The notes under the pieces were generated by a model. The model was not told the origin of the DNA. It searched no databases and saw only the letters and a list, made by a program, of their open reading frames with translations. DNA of 64,000 nucleotides from NCBI RefSeq assembly GCF_009914755.1, contig NC_060933.1; one strand, written 5' to 3'. Below, piece after piece: positions 26,291-45,426 of this stretch (positions within the stretch are counted from its first letter, which is position 1; the number at the start of each line of letters is the position of its first letter). Position numbers and translations under genes: made by a program. Origin of the DNA: the human T2T-CHM13v2.0 reference genome, Homo sapiens.

Positions 26291-27682
26291 ATATGTAAAA
26301 TGTAATGTCTGTTAATCTTTTAAGCAGCCTCATTTTCCCCAAAGTAGTGGTAATAAGACCACTGAAGAGACACACTTTAAGCAAGTACAAGTTTATTACG
26401 GTAGATTCTATGAAGAGATTTGCAAAGGGTGTTTGTTCTGCTCCCTCTTTGCCATTTTAAACATTATATGGTGATGGAGACCACTTGATTTTGTCTTATA
26501 CATTATATCATCAGTACCTCTAAGAATGGGTGTATATTGGCCATCCCCTACGAAGTCCCCAAATACTACTGTTGCCATTTTACATTCCAGATATTTTGAA
26601 GGCAAGTTATCTTCTGGTCTACCTCGTACTATCTTTGATAGACAAAAATTCCTTAATACACAAAAGGAGAAGCAGTATTGTTAGAGAATTGTTACAGGTT
26701 TCTAACTCTCTAAAATCTGACTAAATCTTGTCTAAAATAGTATTCTCAAATCTTAACTCATGAATTTTGCAGTCTCTTCGGGAGATGAATCATCCACTTT
26801 TGAAATATTGAGTGTAATATTGTGTATGATAAAATACTAGTAGCAAATGTAGGGAAATTATACGTAGTAACTGTTAAGAGTTTAGGATCACAGGATAGTA
26901 TAGAGAAGATAGAAGTCTGCTGGCTTGAAGAATCTTTAAAGGTTTTATTTACTTTCATGATACCTGATGACAGTGCAGGGGCAAGCTAGAATTTTTCTTA
27001 AGCCTGAACAAAAGTAACTTATGCAGAGCTTCTCCAGATGTTATCATACATTGTCTTCCCAGACTTCTCAAAATTCTATCCTTTCTCCTTACCATTACAA
27101 AGTATGGTGGAAGAGGCTAGGGATTCTTGTCTTTATGTTATACTCCATGATCTACAATACTGCCAGTACATTCATTAGAATTTGAATATCTTCCACTTTT
27201 TTAGTTTCCAGGATGCTCTGTATTTTAAGAATAACATTGACCCTTAAGGATCCCAAGAACCAAAAAACATGAGGAAAGGAGAGGGGCAGGACCAGAGTGC
27301 TTTGTCTTAGAGCATGGTGCCCTGGAATTCGGTGTAAATATTAGACTTTTGAAAGCTTCCTTAACATTAATTTTCCTCAGACTTAGATAACACAAATTCT
27401 CAGTAATGCTCCATGATTTTTATTCTTAATGGTTCCTGGGAGTTGTCATTTACTTTTGGACCCCAAATTGGGATCCTCACTGAACCATACTGAAGGGTTC
27501 TGGCTTAGCCCTTAATAGCTTCTAGCCATTAAAAAGTCGAGTAGGGCAGCCCCTCCCAAGGCCATCGTCTCTTTTATAAATCTTGACTGCTAACTGACCT
27601 ATCTCACCGATTCCTCATTTGAGCAGACACCAGGTAATTGGATGCTTCAATATGTTCTTTCATTAATCTTTTTGTCCATTAA

Positions 27683-27983
<301 letters not shown>

Positions 27984-28585
27984 TGTCCATTAATATTCTT
28001 ATCCAGCACCAGATGATCTGGATCTTTCATGGCTCTTCCAGAATGTGCTGTACTTTTTCCATAATTTATCAAGGTTGGTCTCTGGTCACTGCATGCATGA
28101 GGACACTGAAAGGGAGATTGTTCTTCTGGACAGGCCTCATGTGAATTCACTTCTCTAGGATGGTGGTTGGTAACTAAGTTTGAGGAGCTGGAACATACAA
28201 TCCAGTCTTGTTGAATAAAAAGGAACTTAAAACTCAGTGAGTTTAGGTGATTTAAACAGTCACTCTACATGTTAAAAGTAGAATCCATAAAAGTTAGGTG
28301 AAGGTATGACCACTGAAAGGCATCTAAATCCAAACATAAATACAACATTTTTATTGGGATAAGAGGTTAGCCACTTCAAATTGTTTTTTTCTTATTAGGT
28401 TTATGTGCTGAGTTTCTGAGCTGGATCCTTAGGAAATAACTCATCAGATAAAAAGTTATGTGTCCAAAATTGTTCACTGAACCATGATTCAAAAATAACA
28501 ACACTTTTTAAACAACCCAAAGTTCAGTAAGAGAGAATGGTTAAACAACTGATGATGCACCTAAATGATAGATTAACCATTTTCT

Positions 28586-31578
28586 TTTTTTAAAAAAAAA
28601 TCAACTAAAATTTATTTAATGAAGCATAAAATTACTTTCACATTTGTCTACAACCACAGTTAATACAGTTCTTGGCATAAAGACACAACCTTTATAATTT
28701 AAAGCCTCCCTACCTGCAAGATTACATATATAAAACTCCCATTATTGTTTATATAATCGTGGATTAGTTTATCAAATTAAAATAGTTATACTATCCAGAA
28801 TAACATAAAATGGAAATAATTTACTCATAAGATTCATATTTAAATCATCTTTATTTAGAAAACACTATCCTGAGAATTATAATTCCATTAAGCTTCAGTG
28901 GGAGCAAAAGTGTAATCACTTAAGTAACAGCAGTTACTTAAACTGAAAATGAGATCAGTCAAAATTACTTTTGAAGAGAGCAAAAATATTGTCAGGTTTC
29001 TTGCTGTGGTTCTGGATGTTCAGTAGCAGGCTCATTTGAAGGCAGAATCAGCCCTGCAGGGAACTCACTTCTACCTTCAGAATGTGGGGTTTATGGGGAA
29101 AAATCCAGGTTTTGGGGGAAGGTAAGGAGGAAACGCCTCGCTGGATAGACATTTCTCATTGCAAATGGAGCATGTGGTGGATCTGGGAAATCCCTTCGTG
29201 GAAAATAATCTTGAGAAGCTCCAAACATGGTTCCTGGAGGAGGTGGGGGGAAAGGAGGTCCTCTTCTCATGAACAGGCCCCTTGTATCCCCCGGAAACAA
29301 TGGACCTCTGATTGGAGCAAGAGGTGGAGGAGAAAAGTAAGGGCCAGTTGCTTCATTTTCAGCAGGGAGAGATGAATCAGGCACATTTAAATTACCAAGG
29401 TCATCTTTGGTATCATTTCTGCTGGATTCCATTTCTGAAAGCATTGACCCATCCACTTTATCCAAAGAAGTCATATTAAACCTTCTGAGTTCTGCTGGTC
29501 CAGACAGTGTGCCAGAATTAGAATAAAATCTGTCTTGCCTTTGTGGAGGAAGAGCTGAATCAGGATATGATTGTCCTGGTGGAAGAAACATCATCCTACG
29601 GTCCTGTTCCCATGGAGGTGACAGGGACCCAGTGTCAGAGAAGCCCTGTGAGGATTGGTTAACCTGTCACATCTTGATTCTCCTCTTTCATTGGTAATCT
29701 GATGGTCCAGAGGATTCCCTGGACCTCTTGAGCCTCTTCCTCCTCCTCCTGTTAGCAAAGATGAGAGTCTCAGTGGGCCCTCAGAGAAAAGCTCTTGTTT
29801 AGGATGAAGGCCGACCCAATGGTGAGGGACCATATGGGGAATGCTCTCTGCCAAATGCTGTATTTGGAACATGAAGTGCATAAGGATCTTTTTCTAAAAG
29901 TTCAAATTTAAACTCTGCTTCAGTTAATTTTTGTCTGTTGTGAGCACTTTCTTTCCTTAAACCATTGAGGTTTCTTTCAGCAGTCCAAGCTGCCAACCAA
30001 TTATTATGTGCTTTTTTCTCGTGGGAAATAATCCATCCTTGATAAGAATGAATAGTTCTCGCCAACTCTTCTTCAAGATCTTTGGCTCACTTTCTATAGG
30101 TCTCCAACTCTTCAGTGGCACGGCTAATCTTTTCGTGTACTTTAGAAAGTTTTTCTTCCTTTTCTAACCGGTAATTTCATCTACTGTTAATTTCCTCTGG
30201 AGTTTCATTTCATTTTCTTGATAAAATTCAATCATTACTTTAAGTTTTTGTTGAAGCTTCTGATTCTCACTTTCAAAATGTGTGTTTTCTGACTGCAAAG
30301 ATGCTTGTTCAGTCTGAAGATTTTTAATATGCTCTGTAAGCTCTTCCTTTATCAACTTCAGATAACTGACTATAAATTTGGTTTCTTTCTGCTTGTAAGG
30401 TTTTTAAAGAAGCATTTAACTTAGCAGCATAAATCAGTATCTTCAGAGCTCCTTTCGGAGGATTATCTAAGTAAGCACCATTTTCCGATTCACTGTTCAT
30501 TTCTAATTCCAAGTTACCATCATCCGTTATGTCTTCTCCAAGCATAGCAGCCTGATCTTTCATTTTTAGCAAGCGTTCAGAGTCTTGATGTGATTTTCTT
30601 TATCATTTAGAACTTGTTCTGCATGTACTTTGGAGTCTTCAAATGTTATTTTCTGTTTATTAAGTTCACTCACTTGTTCTTTCCATACCTCAGCTTCTTG
30701 CAAAAGCTGTCTCTCGTTTTCCTGGAGTTGAGAATTTTCATTCAAAGCATCTTTTATTGCTATCTTCAGTCGTTCTTCATTCATTTGAAATATCGTCAAG
30801 TTCATTTTGGCTTCAGCTACTTGTCATTTGAGGGATTTTGACTCATCTTCTAGAGACTGTATCCTTTTGCAAATATCCACCATCAATTCACCTTGTTCAG
30901 AATGTTTAGATTTCTCTTATTTTAACTCTTTTTCTAGACAGAGTATTTCATCCTCAAGTTCAGAATTGGACCTGTTTAGCTTTTCACAGGTTGCCTCCTT
31001 CTCAAAGCTGGCATTCTTTAAAGATGACTCTACTTCATAGCCTTCATACTCTTTTTGAACATGGCTAAATTTTTCAAGTAGTTTATGCTTTTCTTCAATT
31101 AGTCCAGAAAGCATTACAGCAAGCTTTTTTTCTCTTCCCACATAAAGCCGACTCCCAACCGATCTAAAACTTCTCCACACAAAAAAAGAGAACAGCAAAA
31201 AATCCATGTACAGCTGCACATATCACCAACTCCCATGGAAAACCATAAGGATTAGAGTCTGGTCTCACGCTTTCAGGCAGTGCTGCCACAACCCTGCTTA
31301 GCTCCCCCAGGACCAGCCCCAAATACCGCTGAGGGGTAGCTCCAGGCTCCTCCACAGCGGGGAAGGCTGCTCCGGCGGTTGCCACAATAAACTTGGGCTG
31401 TGGGCGGCAGAGAACACGCAGCCTTCAGTCTGGAACCCGAATCCGCACGTGGCAAACGGAGCGGACCATTGTGGAGCCGGCTGCGGGGCGAGCTGCGGAC
31501 ACGGGCAACCAAAGGTCTCAGAGGCCCACGCTGCCCACCCCAGCCCCCTTGTTACACTTTACATCCTGAGGCAGCGCC
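28586..31578 (-). pseudogene. CTAGE: processed pseudogene of CTAGE5/MIA2 (cTAGE/MEA6 family) with 5'UTR, disrupted CDS (~31355-28992), 3'UTR and poly-A remnant
   Basis: Intronless. Fragments match cTAGE5 throughout: [25 protein letters not shown], coiled coils, [14 protein letters not shown], Pro-rich [10 protein letters not shown], ...EPATEHPEPQQET then TGA at 28992-28994. Start ATG is GTG (31353-31355); several frameshifts and stops; AATAAA at 28611-28616 (minus) then an A-rich tail. Which numbered CTAGE pseudogene it is cannot be told from the sequence alone. Confidence 0.95.

Positions 31579-31580
<2 letters not shown>
31321..31580. promoter_or_regulatory. small CpG-island-like segment (retrocopied CTAGE5 5'UTR/first exon)
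   Basis: 18 CpGs counted by eye in 260 bp, GC-rich, within a CpG-depleted window. Confidence 0.55.
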
Positions 31581-35988
<4,408 letters not shown>

Positions 35989-35996
35989 AAAATCCT

Positions 35997-36287
<291 letters not shown>

Positions 36288-37554
36288 TAATTGTTAAAAA
36301 TAATATTAGTTAAAAATAAAAGTTGATAACTTTATAGCAACTTGAAATAAAATCTATGAGATAATGTGAAAGTAAAATGCCAAGATACAAAGATGTAGAT
36401 TTTTCCACCAGTAAAACAAAGATTCACTAGGAAAAGGAGGAGCAGAGGGAAGCAATCAGAGGACAATGTGGCAAAGCCCAAAATCTATCACTTCAGTGAA
36501 GCTTGAAATATAGACAAATGAAAGGCAAAAGAGGCAGGAAAAGTTGCACTGCAATTCATTCATCAACTTTAATGCACTTACATTGTAGATCTCATGAGGA
36601 AATAAAAAAAGAGATGGTTTAAAAATGTCCCTCCACAGGCCCTTGTCTATACAAGGTCACAGTTTCATTGAGGGCTTTTTGTAAACTTGGCAGCATTTCA
36701 GTTATTAATATATTCATATGACATTAATTTCTCAACAAGATTCAATTTATATTTTAAAATAATAGGACTTTCTAGAACACACATGCTGCACATACAGTGA
36801 CCAAGTATTTGAATTTTAACAGGTTTTAGGACTGTTCCCTGCCCTTGAATTAATTTGTTTAAAACAGTCTGAATATATCTTCTCTAATAGCAAAGCAGAG
36901 GATAAGCATACACCAAGGACTCATTATTTTGCCACTAAACAAGTTGCAAAAACAATATTTATTAAGCTCCTGGGAATATGTGTTAAGAACAGAAGGAGTT
37001 ACTCAAAAGATGTCATGGTTTTGCAAGATGCATCCCTTGACTTTGAAAGTGAACTGGCAAGGTTGTAGAACAGAATTAAAAGGCCAAAGCGGGTTGAGAA
37101 ATTGTATTTTCTATTACCAGTTTTCAAGCAGAACTTCAGCCAACTTGTCCTAGAAAAATGAGACATCTATTTTTAATGACATTCAAAGAGGCATGTTGTA
37201 ATGATATTGAGGAATGGCTTTGTGAGTGGACAATCAATATGTCTGCATATCAGTGTTATTGCATTTGAAAAAACATTGCTTAGTTATAGAAAAACTTTAA
37301 GGATTAAAAGTCTCTGTGTTAGGCACCTGCTCTGGGGTGGCAGTTTGTTTCTCAGGATTTCCGTGGTCTGTGTGCAGGGACACAAAACACTCATACCACA
37401 AATTGTGTATACTGATAATGCACATACATGCTTATATTAATTAAAAAACAAACTATAACCATTTTCACACAGGACACCATAATTAACCATAGTTTTCTTG
37501 TTAAATAATGAGCTAAATATCTTCAATCTAGTTGTAACATCTTAGAAAACTTAG

Positions 37555-38005
37555 TCATTTCATTTATTTCTTTATTTAATGAATATTTATCGAAACTTTA
37601 TTATATATGCAAAGTAGTATTTAGGTACTACGAAGCTCTACAGATATACAAAAAAGGGTCCTGCCCTCAAACAAACTTGAGGGCCAGGAGGAGATACAAA
37701 TAACACATCTATCAGGGACATATGTAACAGAGGACTGAAAGGAGAGGTATCCTTCACAGCTGAGCTGTTAGGCACCTTGAACTTGGCCTAATAGGTCAAT
37801 AGTACTTCTGGTTAAGCACATTCATTCTCTCAACAAACGTTTATTCAGTGACCATGGGCCAGGCACTGTGCTGGTAATGAATCAACAGTGGTGAAGACAG
37901 ACCAGATCCAGGTCTCTTTAAGCTTACAGTCTGATGGGGACATAGGTGTGAAACAACCACTGAGTAAAGAAAAAATCAAATTATCACAAGTGCTGAGAAA
38001 GAAAA
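37555..38005 (-). mobile_element. L2 fragments
   Basis: cattcatttatt...aatatttatcga and cattcattctctcaacaaacgtttatt...ccaggcactgtgctgg are L2 3'-end motifs in reverse. Confidence 0.6.
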
Positions 38006-38359
38006 TGTACTTGATTCCTTGTGCTTCTGTGACAAAATACCGCAAGCTGGGTAGCTTGAAACAACAGAACCTTATTCTCTCACTGTTTCAGGCCAGAAGT
38101 CCGAGATCAGAGTATTAGCAGTCTTGGCTCCTTTTGGGGGCTCAGAGGGAGTGATGTGCCATGCCTTTATCCTAGCTTCTGGTGGCTGCTGACAATCTTT
38201 GGTGTTCCTTGGCTTGTGGCAGCATAAATGCATCCTCTTCCTCCATTGTCACACGGGGTTCTCCCTGTGTGTCTGCCTCTGTGTCCAAATTTCTCCACAT
38301 TGAATTTAGAGCACACTCTAAATTCAATCTTTTTGAGGGACATGATTCAATCCACAACA
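38006..38359 (-). mobile_element. MLT1B/C-like MaLR solo LTR with internal deletions
   Basis: tgtac...tagcttctggtggctgctgacaatctttggtgttccttggcttgtgg...attcaatccacaACA; 5-bp TSD gaaaa at 38001-38005 and 38360-38364. Confidence 0.8.
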
Positions 38360-40717
38360 GAAAAGAATAGGATCACATAGATAAAAGTAGTATGAGAAGA
38401 ATGGACATTTAAGCTGATTCCCCCAAAAAAGGATCTGGTTGCTCCATTCTAAAAAAGCCTTTGTTCCATCGCAAATGTTATGAAATGAAGGAAAGCAGAA
38501 GTTTCCTATTCCTCCAAAAGGGATTTTTGAATCCCCTTTGCCCATTTCCTTCACTGGAGACATGAGGATCATGGTTCAGGAGACCCCATTGAATTGTCAC
38601 TGGGATTGGTTAATATTTGGAGATGCAACCACAGTACTTGCAACCTACAGTCACGTAGAACTCTTGAAACAGTCCCAGTTCTCCCAGTTTCAGTTATCAA
38701 AGACAAATGTGATTATTTGGATCTTTGCCTTCAACCCGGACAAAGTTAGGGCTTGAAAGGACATTGAATATAGGAAATAGGGACTCAATATTCTAATAAT
38801 GAAGTTGGTATCACTCTGATAAAACATCTCAGGAATGCTCATGTGATTCTGAGGGTGAGAAGTTCACTCATCGTTGCCGTTGGACACAGCCTGAATCAAC
38901 ACTCACCCTGAAGGCTGGCAAGGATGTGAGTCTTTTGTGAAATAAATTTTAATTGAAAAATGATATCTTAAGAAAACCTCATAAGCACTAGCATTCTACT
39001 GAAAGATACTTTTTAGGCTGTTCTACTATGGGAAAAGGTCGGGGGTAAACTATTTAAACTTATAAAGAGAAGGTTCACCTCAAGATTCACCTTTGTTAGT
39101 ACTGTATATCATTTTGCTATCAGAACCTGTTTTTTGTTTGCTGTTATGGCCAATTATACAAGTGAGTCTGGAAAACATTCAATAATTCTCATTGCTGTAG
39201 TATATTATATCATCCATTATTGACCTCTTCCCATCAACAATAAGACTTGAATCTGTGTCATTACCTATAGTGTCTTATTTAGTCGCATTATCTGTAGCAT
39301 CTTATTCTTACTATAGAACCACTTCATACTTCTGGACATGGATTTATAGATGCACTGCAATGAAATTGTGATTAAAAACAATGATCAAAGCCTAACCTAA
39401 CATGAATGCCTAATCACTCAGATTACCTGTGGCTCTTCCCTTTTGAGATGCTTCATTAGTGTGTATTTATTATTTCCAATTACAAAGCTGTCAGTATTTA
39501 TGGATCAGTATGTGGTCCAAGTAGTTGGCAGCATGTTTTGCTCATAAAAAAGGAAAATACTCTCTTTATAAATTTAAATAGTTAACTCTGTATTATGTAT
39601 ATTTATGAGTGATAGTCCAGTGTGAATAAGTCAAATCCAGAGATAATACACAGAAATTTAACTCGGAATTAGTAATCCTCAAAGTCTGCTTTAGCCCTGG
39701 AAACCTTTCTTTAAGCCCAATGTTGTGTGGTAGTCTGACTTAGAAACAGATAAAACTGGAGCTTCTTTTACTAAAATAAGGGTTGGAGGCTAGAACCTCC
39801 AAGGAAGGCTTCTTAGATCTAGTGATCCTCAAAGCATGGAATGCATGAGTTCCTGTGGGCAATGGGTTCCCCCTGAAAGGCTGTGAAATGATCCTTTTTG
39901 AAAGAAAATAATGCAAATTTCTGTAGATTTTAATGTTTCCTATATGTCACTAAAACCTACTTAGTAGTGATCTACTCATGTGTTATTATGGGATACAAAA
40001 ATTTGGTACCATGTACAACCTTCATTATCTTTGTCTTTCCTTTTTATTATTTTATGTATTTTTTTAAAGTACTATGTTCTTTCTCCAATAAAAAGCGGGA
40101 ACCCATGTTTTAGGTGGGTCTTATGCCTTTTAGTTTACCTAAATGAGCCACAGAGGGGAAAAAGTTTTGAAAACCTTTTCTGTAAAAATACATTCAATTT
40201 CCTGCCTGTCTAGTCTTGGCAAAAAGTAGACAAATGAACAAGTTTTCATTCTGGCACATTTTATTTCATCTGGCTACTGTCTGATGGAGGTGTGGAAAGC
40301 CATATTGTTGATAGCTGAAGAGAAAAGTAGAAATAGCAGCAAAGGGCCCCATTAATGGAAGTAACAATATGTGAAAGGGCTTCAAGATGCTGAGAATAGA
40401 TATTGTGTAACAGTTTACTGCTGTTATTATTCTACAGAATGTGCAAATTCAAAAGCAGCAGGATGTCACTCTTCTGTCTCTGCCTGTCTCCCAGCCTCTG
40501 AGGTCCTGTCTCTCCCGTGGCCCAAGCCTCCGGGACCCCCACGCACAAGATCAGCCTGTCGCATCTTAGGAAGCCATCTGGAGCGCAACCTCAGGGACAA
40601 AGCAACTGCCTCATGCTCTGACGTGTGCATCACATTATTCTTCACATTAGTTTTCCTGTTTTGGTGCAGATTTGATAAGTGAGGCTTCTCTGTGCTTAGT
40701 GACACAAGCCTTCCAGA

Positions 40718-40884
40718 AGCCTGCTACTCAAAGAGAGCTCCAGGGACCAGCAGTGTCAGCATCAACTAGGCTCTTGTTAAGCATGTAGTATCTTAAGCTC
40801 TGCTTCAGACTCACTGAATCAGAATCTACATTTTTACAAGATTTCCAGGTGATTAGGATGCACATTAGTTTTGAGAAGCACTGG
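40718..40884. mobile_element. MER5A MITE
   Basis: ctactcaaag...gaccagcag...actgaatcagaatctacattttt...ttgagaagcactg. Confidence 0.75.
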
Positions 40885-41570
40885 TATAGAACTCAGTTCC
40901 TGCTCTTCTCACCCTAGTAGCCTTGAACTAACTACCTATAGCCTTGAGCTTGTCCCTGGAGTACACGCTGTCCCTGTGGTGGCTGGCTGCCTGCAGCCAG
41001 TTCACCTACTTGTTTGGTCTTGTCAGTTCTGCCCGCTTTCAGATTGGCTATCACTGTGTTGGGCTCAACTCTTTCCTTACTTTATCATCTCATCTTAGAT
41101 GGCCCAAAGCAGGTGTTTCCCACGGTTTCCCTTTGGTTGTCTGCCTTGATGATCTTTGGAAACTACATATCCAACTGGGCTCTCTTCCAATACCTGCAGC
41201 TCTCCATTCACCCAGTGCCTGCCCACCCAGGCCACTGATCCTGAGTATGTGAACCGACCAATGCTCTGACCCGATAAATGTCTTTATGTTTTCATCTGAA
41301 GAATTCCGTTTAAATGATTATTTCAAACTCCTTAATAATTGATCAACACCTAAAAAAGATGAAACAAAGTGATTTGAAAAAATGTGTTCCCTCAGAGACC
41401 TATTGGGAAAGCAAATTAAATATATGTGTAGAACTTGGCTTTAAGGGTATTACAATAACTTAGGTATAATTAACATGTATACAATTCAAGAATAAATCAA
41501 CATAAAAAATAAAAATAAAAATGTCCATAGTATGAAAGATGCCATAAACAGAGATAAAAAGACAAGCATT

Positions 41571-41906
<336 letters not shown>

Positions 41907-42495
41907 TCATTGCCATATACATAAAATACAAATGATTAACATCTTGAATATATAAAGAGCTCATATAAATCAATAAGAAAAAGATAACAGCTCAAGAGCT
42001 GAAAAGCAGAGGATGTGAACAGGTAGTTCACAGAAGGAGAAAAGCCAGTGATCCATAAAATAAAAGAATTAATGTTCAATCTCACTAGTAATTGGAAAAA
42101 TGCATTAAAACAACATTGTGATAGTATTCTTCATCCATAAGATTGTTAATTAAAAGTATTATAACCAGTGGGGGTAAGGATGCAGTAAAACAGACATGCT
42201 CTTACACTGTTGATGTGAATCTAAACTGTTAGAGTCTTTTGGTGGGTTATTAAATTACAACTGTATTTTTCAAAATAAAAATATTTATATTCTATGCCTC
42301 CTTTGTGATTCCTCTTCCAAAACCCATACTAAAGAAATATGCATACATACAGCAAAAAGATACACAAGAATGTTTGTTAATTGCAGCATATTTTTAAATT
42401 ATAAAAATTAGAAAAGTCCTAAGTGTCTATCAATGGGAGAATAAGTAATTAAGCTACAGTCCATCCATATTTTGGACTACTCTGCAATGAGTTGT

Positions 42496-42804
<309 letters not shown>

Positions 42805-43599
42805 AATGGGTTGTATGTATGTACAGTAGATATAGAGGAAGATGTACTAGAGGTTGCACACAATTTCTTCCTAGGCCTTATTATATCTATGTAATATATA
42901 TTATGCACATATAGTATGTTACATATACATAACATATTTTTTAAATATATGTATGTATTTCCAAGACATATAATTTGGTTGAAAGCAAGTCATAGGACAA
43001 TATCCACAATGCAATTCCATTTAAGTTAAAAAACCATACCTCTATATATGTATATATCAATATGTATGTATATATGTATGTATATACATTATACATACAT
43101 GCATATAGGTAGAAACATTGAAAAAGAGCTAGAAAAACATTTACAACTAAAATGGTGTATTCTTCTGAGGAGATGAGGGTTGGATAGGGTAAGAATGAAG
43201 GAAGGGTTACTTTCGTGATTTGTTCAATAATCTTTGTGTTGTTTACATCTTTACAGTGAGAATATATACACATATATCATAATTGTATGACAAAAAACAA
43301 CAAAGAGGGAAAAAAGAGGGAGGCAATAAAGAGCAAAAAAAAGTTACCACTAGACAGCTAACATTATGAAGATGATAAATATATGATGAAGATATTATAT
43401 TATTTGATAACATATACATACATTACGTTATATTATCAAGATGGTAATTACCACGGGAAAGCTGAGAAAGCATATAGACAAGTTCCTCCTTGAACCACAA
43501 TTTCCTCATTTAACAGTTCCCCAGGGTGAAGAGAATGGGGGAGGTGGTAAAGTATTCTTTTTCTAAGATTCTTCCAGCTCAAAATTCCATGTCAGTACA

Positions 43600-44120
43600 G
43601 CTGCTTCCAAATTGGTTTCTAAAGTTGTTTTGCCATTTTGCATTTCAATCAGCACTGTATGAGATTCCAGTTGCTCTTCATCCTATCTAATATATGTATA
43701 TAGTAGTATTTCCTTATGGTTTTAATATGCATTTCTCTAATGACTAACGATGAGTATCCTTTTTTTATGTGCTTATTCATCATCTGAAATGGATCTGAGA
43801 TCGTACTATAAAACTTCTAGAAGAAAATATAGAAACTAATCTTTTTGTGTTGAGCCAAGATTTCTTAGGACAACACAACCCCCAACCCCCACCAACCCAT
43901 AAAAGAAAAAATTATAAATGGACTTCATAAAAATTATAAAATTCCCGTTCTTTGAAAGATATTATTAAATAAATGAAAAGATAAAAAAACTTGGAAAAAA
44001 TACTTGCAAAATGCCTATGTGATAAAGCTTTGTATCCAAAATATATAAAGAGCATTTGCAACTCAGTAAAAAGAAAACAATCCAACAGAAAATGATCAAA
44101 AGATCTGAAGAGGCACTTCA
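43600..44120. mobile_element. old L1M ORF2 pieces in inverted arrangement (minus 43600-43786, plus 43787-44120)
   Basis: Plus piece runs from ataaaacttctagaagaaaat to agatctgaagaggcacttca; minus piece reads cagatgatgaataagcacataaaaaa...tagtcattagagaaatgc in L1 sense. Confidence 0.7.
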
Positions 44121-45426
44121 GCTTTTATTAATGATGACTGAAATTAAAGATGAACTATTTTTTTTCTGAGCATTTATTTAGTAAATACTGGTGATTGAAG
44201 TTCCATCCAGATGTGGTTATTTTTGCTATAATAAATGTCCTTTTATGGTTATTCTCTGGAATGTGTAATAAAAAGTGATTTGCTTGAGAATGGCTCATTT
44301 TTCACTACAAGTAAATAATTAACAAAATTTATAGATTTTGTTAAATACTTATACTTTAAAGTATAACTAATTGGAAACACCCTATACAGAGCGTGGACTA
44401 GCTTTGTTATTCCTTCCTTGACAAGGAATTTTAGCAAACATTCTATGGAAAGGATAATTAGCAAGAGTCTCAGCTTTCGTTTTTGCTTGGCTATTTCCCT
44501 TGAGTTTAGTAAAGTAGAAAATTTAAGATATAAACCCACCATTTTTCCCTTTATTTTGGAATAGGGGATGGTACAGACTAAACCAAAATGGGATTACCAT
44601 TCACTGGTTGAGCACTTACATGGAATCAGGGAAAATGTTTCTGGAGAACTCCTGGCGGGTGATATTTCTTAAACAACACAGAATCGAAAAGAGTAGCAGT
44701 GATTGTAACTGGTTTCTCTGGCTTCCTAAGCTTGTTGTTGCCTCTTGGGACCACATGACTGTGGCCACCCTTCCAAGAGCAGAGTTATCCCTGGGACCCT
44801 CTCTCTTGCAGCCTCTCTTTTTCTTTTTCCCACATCTCCTTCATCCTATTCAACGATTTACTCTCTCCTCTAACTTTCCTCTTCTTTGGAGACTAGTTCT
44901 GAGGCTGGGAAGGATGAGGGCCTAAGACCTGTGGGTGGAGAAGGGAGGGAAAAGTGGCTGTCGATGGTCTGGCTTCAGGGTGAAGCCGACCTACTCCCAA
45001 CGTTTTCAGATCCCTGGCAAAGTGCAAACGGAGGACCTCATATATTCTCATTGCTCGAACTGGTAATTAGTCCTCATTTAGTTCAGAATGTGAAGTTGTT
45101 GGAATTTTGTCTGAACTTTTCGTGTTGCAGATTTGATGAGAATAGTTCTCTTGCTTTTTAATTGTTTTGATCAGTAATTCAATCTTCATTATATTAATAT
45201 AAAAAATGTAATGCCCTAGTCACAAATTTTAAGTCCATCATGCTTACCAGATATTTGTCCACTCTCATTTTTTTCCAGTTTTTATAGATTTAAACAGACT
45301 GCCTTTTTAAAGATTTTCAGTTTCTTTTTCCTGTTCACCTTTTTTGTTGTTGTTGTTCTTTTGGAGCTTCACGTTTGTATATTCTATTGCTATTATAATC
45401 TTAACTTGTACTTATTCTCAGTGATT

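Noticed and set aside
29091-29594. 167-aa Pro-rich ORF as a functional truncated cTAGE protein
   Set aside because: It is only the longest surviving pseudogene fragment, lies behind many upstream ATGs and stops, and frameshifts before the native C-terminus
28586-31578. Assigning a numbered CTAGE pseudogene and a chromosome position
   Set aside because: Paralogues are similar in length and sequence and no recognisable flanking gene is in the window; needs BLAT
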